From contig OZ076409.1 of the NCBI GenBank assembly GCA_964187785.1, forward strand, positions 13,766,001 to 13,830,000: DNA of 64,000 nt, written 5' to 3'. The stretch comes from Amphiscolops sp. MND2022 (Eukaryota). Below, piece after piece: positions 59,756 through 64,000 of this stretch. How positions within the stretch are numbered: position 1 is the stretch's first letter; the number at the start of each line of letters is the position of its first letter. Under the pieces are notes generated by a model. That model was not told where the DNA came from. It ran no database searches and worked only from the letters and a program-made list of their open reading frames with translations. Both the position numbers and the translations under genes were made by a program.

Positions 59756-61009
59756 AGACAGATTTCGAACATTTCGAAAGATCAGAACATCCAGAAAGCT
59801 CAATACCAAACCAACTAGCATTCGTGTACACTTTTATGAAGAGTAAACTAGTCTATTTGTAAAAAAAACTTCTAAAAGGTAGCTCATTTTTAGTCGGCGC
59901 TTCAAGAAGTGAAACGCGACTATTATAGTGGTTTTTTTTCAATCCACACGAACTGACCAAAATAGTTCCTAAAAGTTCTACAGAATATCCTTGAACCAAA
60001 TTGCACTATTTGGCCTAGCGAACTAAACCAAAAACGTTTTTCCTGTTTTTCCGCGTAACAAACCATACCGTGCGAGACCAAAGGGTCCCCCCTTTCATTT
60101 GTTTCGGCACTGCGAGACTTTTTTTCGTAATTTTTTCCCCAAAGGGTCCCCCCTTCAATTTTTTTGCGTCAGAGTGGATGTTGGAAAATCCCAAAGGGTC
60201 CCCTTTACAAATGTTTTGCGGCACCGTGAGATTTTCTTCCGAAAATAAAAATTTTTCCCCTTCCATTTCTTTGATATTTTACAACAGATTGGGTGTTTAA
60301 AATTCCAAAGGTCCACCTTTCAGTTTTCCGGCATTGTGAGTATTTAGCGCGCCAGGGGTTCGCGCTAATGGGCCCCGGCGCGCCACTCGGTCCATTTTTT
60401 TGGTATGTAACTTTCCGAAAAAATTTTTCGAAAAATTTTTGATTTTCGAGTACTGTGAAAGAGAATACTTGACACTTGGAAGTCTTTTTGCTATTTTTGA
60501 GCCTTGGATATGGCGCCGACTTGGGCTGGTCCCGGCTTGTTTGAATACTTTAGGCAATTCCTTTGTTAGCAATCATCTAGTACGCTTTAACGACAAGAAA
60601 TTAGAGTTTCTATTTCAGTTTCAAACTGTCACGGTTCAAATCAATTTCTCTAAGTTTCCAAAATTTCATGAAATTGATAACCTACAAAGTTCAAAAACAA
60701 AAAGCAAAATAACAAAGCGTTCATTTACTTAAAGACACTTTGACAGAGCAATCAGCAGTGCTATAACCAAAGAAACCAAAATATATGCACCCAATTAACA
60801 AAGAACGTTTTTCGTTTTTAGACACTTCGAAGCAGTTTTTGTCCATCTTCTGAATATTTTGATCATCAATACCACATAGGGTTTCAGGAATGAAAAAGTT
60901 TTCTTTAAAGCACACTCTTTAGGACAAAAAACAAGACGCCCGCTAAGCACCGGGATATTTTCCTCCCTTTTCGCCTTCATCACTTGAGCCATAGCTATTT
61001 TGGGAGGGG

Positions 61010-61230
61010 AATAGGATCTAAATAATAAGTCTAAAATTTAGTGGTTTTAGATCTTATTCCCTTTAGATCTTATTCTCGTCCTGAAATTTCAGATCTTATT
61101 CCCTTTGGATCTTAATCTCATTTTTACTTTAGATCTTATTCCCATCAGATTTTATACTCGTCCTGAAATTTTAGATCTTGTTCCCTTTGGATCTTATTCC
61201 CTTTTTTAACTTTAGATCTTATTCCCCCCT
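61010..61230. repeat. Minisatellite-like array of AGATCTTATTCC units
   Basis: About 10 degenerate (T)AGATCTTATTC(C) units inside the 60930-61410 repeat. Confidence 0.75.
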
Positions 61231-62699
61231 CCTACTGAAATAGCCAAGTAACTAAATAGTCAAGTGATGGAGCGTGGAGATTTGGCAGAATTTGGAAAAA
61301 AACGCAACACAGATGATGATTTTCCTCCCTATTGAAAATGTGGGTCGGAAAATAGAAAACGCAACACAGATGATGATTTTCCTCCCCATTGAAAATGTGG
61401 GTCGGAAAATAAAAAAGTAATTAAATAGCTCAAATTGACCCCGAAAGTAAAAACAAATTCAAAATATTCCAGTTTTGACAACTCAAAGTCAATTTTTGTA
61501 CAAATTTAAAACGCATCTCCGTATTTATGAAGAGAATTGATCAGAGAATTGACTGACGAACAAAACAACTCTCAAGTACGTTTTCAGAAGAAAAGTTGAA
61601 CGAAAGCTGTGTGAAGTTTCTTCTCCCCCTGTTTTTTAGGTGTTTTTTGATTCAAAATTTCCTTGTATTTCTAGAGGGTTCTTATTCCAGTTTTAAACCT
61701 CGATTTTGAAAACAAAGGAAATTTTTGAATAAGTTGCAAGTTGGATAGCCCTAATTTGTTATGTAATGCAACATTCGACGATAACTTTTTAATCGGTGCC
61801 TGTCATAAAAACATTTGCTCAACTTTAGTCATTTGAAAAGTTTGAATATCTCATTTTGACAGACATTGATTGTAAATAAAATCTGAAAATGAGTTTAGGA
61901 ATAACAGGAAATTTCATCTCGTTTACAAAAATGTTTGTTTCAACTTTTTGCGATCGAAGCTGCTAAAGTTACAAATGACCATTTTTAGCTAAAATTAATT
62001 GAAAAGTTCAAGTTTGCTGACGTATTACTTACTTTTCTGTAAATGGTCAACGAAAATCGTCAACGAAATCAACTCCCAGGTGCCAAAGTGTCTGATTCAA
62101 TAATTTTTCTGTAGTCTCGAAAAATTAGTTCTTTAAAAATGCATTTTCGGAAATACAATTTTGAGCGAATTAACATCTCATGCTTTATCTATGAGTGCTG
62201 AGTCTAGTAGTCTTTTCCGTAATGCCTTATGACCAAAATTGATACCTAAGACAGGACAATAAAAAAGCCTTTAGTTTTTGAAAGATTGGTCGAAAAATCA
62301 TAACATGAGAGATTCTTAATGTAGAAATTAAGCTATCGTCATAGATCCCAAGTGATTCCAAAGTTTTTTTCTGAAAAATTGAAAGATTTCAATTTTATTA
62401 TCCCGACCGTTTTCGCCGCTTTTGACATAGACAGTACGGCATTATGAAAAATATCTTCTTTCTTTGCTCTATTAAAACTTCGTTTTAGTTGCGAACTTAT
62501 ATGTTAACTACCAGTTGAATTGTGTTAGTCTCCACATACTGAAAAACGTCTTTTTGTGGATGATATAATAATACAAGAAACGTTTGAGTTTATCATTTGT
62601 AGAATCATTCGAGAGTTTTCATAAATTCGCAGAATAGTTAGGCGCTCCAAAGAGTGTGTCCAACATTCGTCATCATACAACTGTTGTGTCTATGATAGT

Positions 62700-63490
62700 T
62701 GTTACGACTATTTACCGGGGTAATTTTACGAGTAGTCGCAGTGGTTTTATTTTTGATCGGTGTTGAAGTTGCATTTTCTGGAATGTTTTCGGATTCAGAA
62801 TCTGTTTCCTCAGCGGCAGTTATGATGGTTTGCTTTTTAACAGTAGGAGCTATTGGTTTTAGCATCTCCTTTTGGTTTTCAGCTAAGATTTTAGTAAGAT
62901 CAGACATGATCTCTTTTCTCAACGATGATTTGATTTCCTCTAGATTTTCAGTGAGTACTCTAGGAGATTTACTCGTTCCAGCTACTGGATTTGAATTTTG
63001 GCTAGCTTCAGGCAATGGAGTCTCAATTTCAGTAGAAACTAATTCTTCAACAGCTTTTCTCTTCTGGCTTCTAGTAGTCATTTTTGAGAGAGAGAAAGAG
63101 AGAGGTTATTCTTTGGAAAACTCGAATTCTTCAAAGAAAATATGGTTTTGAAACGAAGTATTAGCGTAGCAGGTTAAAAACAGATTAACAGATCTTACAT
63201 CTTCTCAGGTATATATACTTTCATAGCATCATTTGTTCCTCACCTAAAAATTCCTAGGAATCCTTAAAATCGGTTTTGTTCATCAAAATTGCTTAATCAT
63301 CCTTATTATTTCAACCCTTTGATTAATTGTTCACGATTTAAAATTCCTAGTCACGGCTCTCTTACGGAGTGCTTGTTGAAATCATTTTTGTTCATTACCA
63401 TTGTTTCCGGTTTGATCGCGGAAAAGGCGGCAAAATGGAAGCCTAGTTGAATTTTCATCGCGAAAAGCACGCCGGCGTGATCAATGATTC
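62700..63490 (-). mobile_element. Solo or remnant LTR carrying a gag-like ORF start (ATG 63081, MTTRSQKRK); may extend to the window end
   Basis: Paralog of 55497-56340. The ORF reads ..SLRKEIMSDL.KILAENQKEMLK..TP.NSRN up to the GTCGTAACA terminus. Confidence 0.7.
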
Positions 63491-64000
63491 ATTCTGAGAC
63501 TAGTAAAAATCACCTTGTTCACGGTAAAAGAATGACAAGCAAAATTGACTACGGAAATATCTCGGAGTGATTTTAGGTAAATGTGCTGTAAATATTTTGA
63601 AGGGAACAAATGATGCTGGAAAAAACGGTTAATACTGATCAAGAGCTGAGATGGCAAACAATATAGCACAGAATCATTTTAAGTTTCTGAACTAATTTTA
63701 CATGTATTGGAACAAAATGGTTTGATTAATACAGAACAATGGCTCATTTAGCCCAAGGAACATAACATATCAAACGTACAAAACATCTTTTTCAACATGA
63801 AGGAAAGCACCTTTCTTTCAATGATTTCCTTTGTTTTAACCTGTAGTACGATCGATTTTATTAGGTGTTAGACGGGAACAATTCGGGAGGGTATTATTTT
63901 AGTGTTATACTCTTTTAACATTCCTTTTTCGGTTTCGTATAGCATAAGGAATATTTTGATATGTTAGAACAATTTTGATCTTGTAGCGTTTCTTTTTAGT

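Overview
Repeat-rich animal genomic DNA with spliceosomal introns and no prokaryotic features. The one host gene I can reconstruct is CFAP52/WDR16, a ciliary WD40 protein: 12 GT-AG exons at 14961-51968 (+), 1953 nt, 650 aa. Its intron 7 holds an intact, very young 17,810-bp Ty3/Gypsy (Metaviridae) endogenous-retrovirus-like element at 28556-46365. The element has a TACTC target-site duplication, TG..CA ends, a tRNA-Asn-like PBS and a PPT. Its cargo is the most unusual thing in the window: (i) giant 3.68-kb LTRs that each encode an antisense JmjC Fe(II)/2-oxoglutarate dioxygenase with an intact H-x-E...H triad; (ii) a TARG1/OARD1-like macrodomain in frame between RNase H and integrase; (iii) a class-I-fusion env-like gene; (iv) an extra 267-aa ORF with a basic NLS-like tail; (v) a UUUAAAC -1 frameshift joining gag and pol. 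The rest of the window contains a decayed Gypsy element with an apparently spliced antisense accessory gene (1-9733), a family of LTRs in which a gag-like ORF starts inside the LTR, a decayed piggyBac transposase, several MITE/SINE-like repeats and local tandem duplications. All protein-family calls come from motif recognition by eye; no database search was run.
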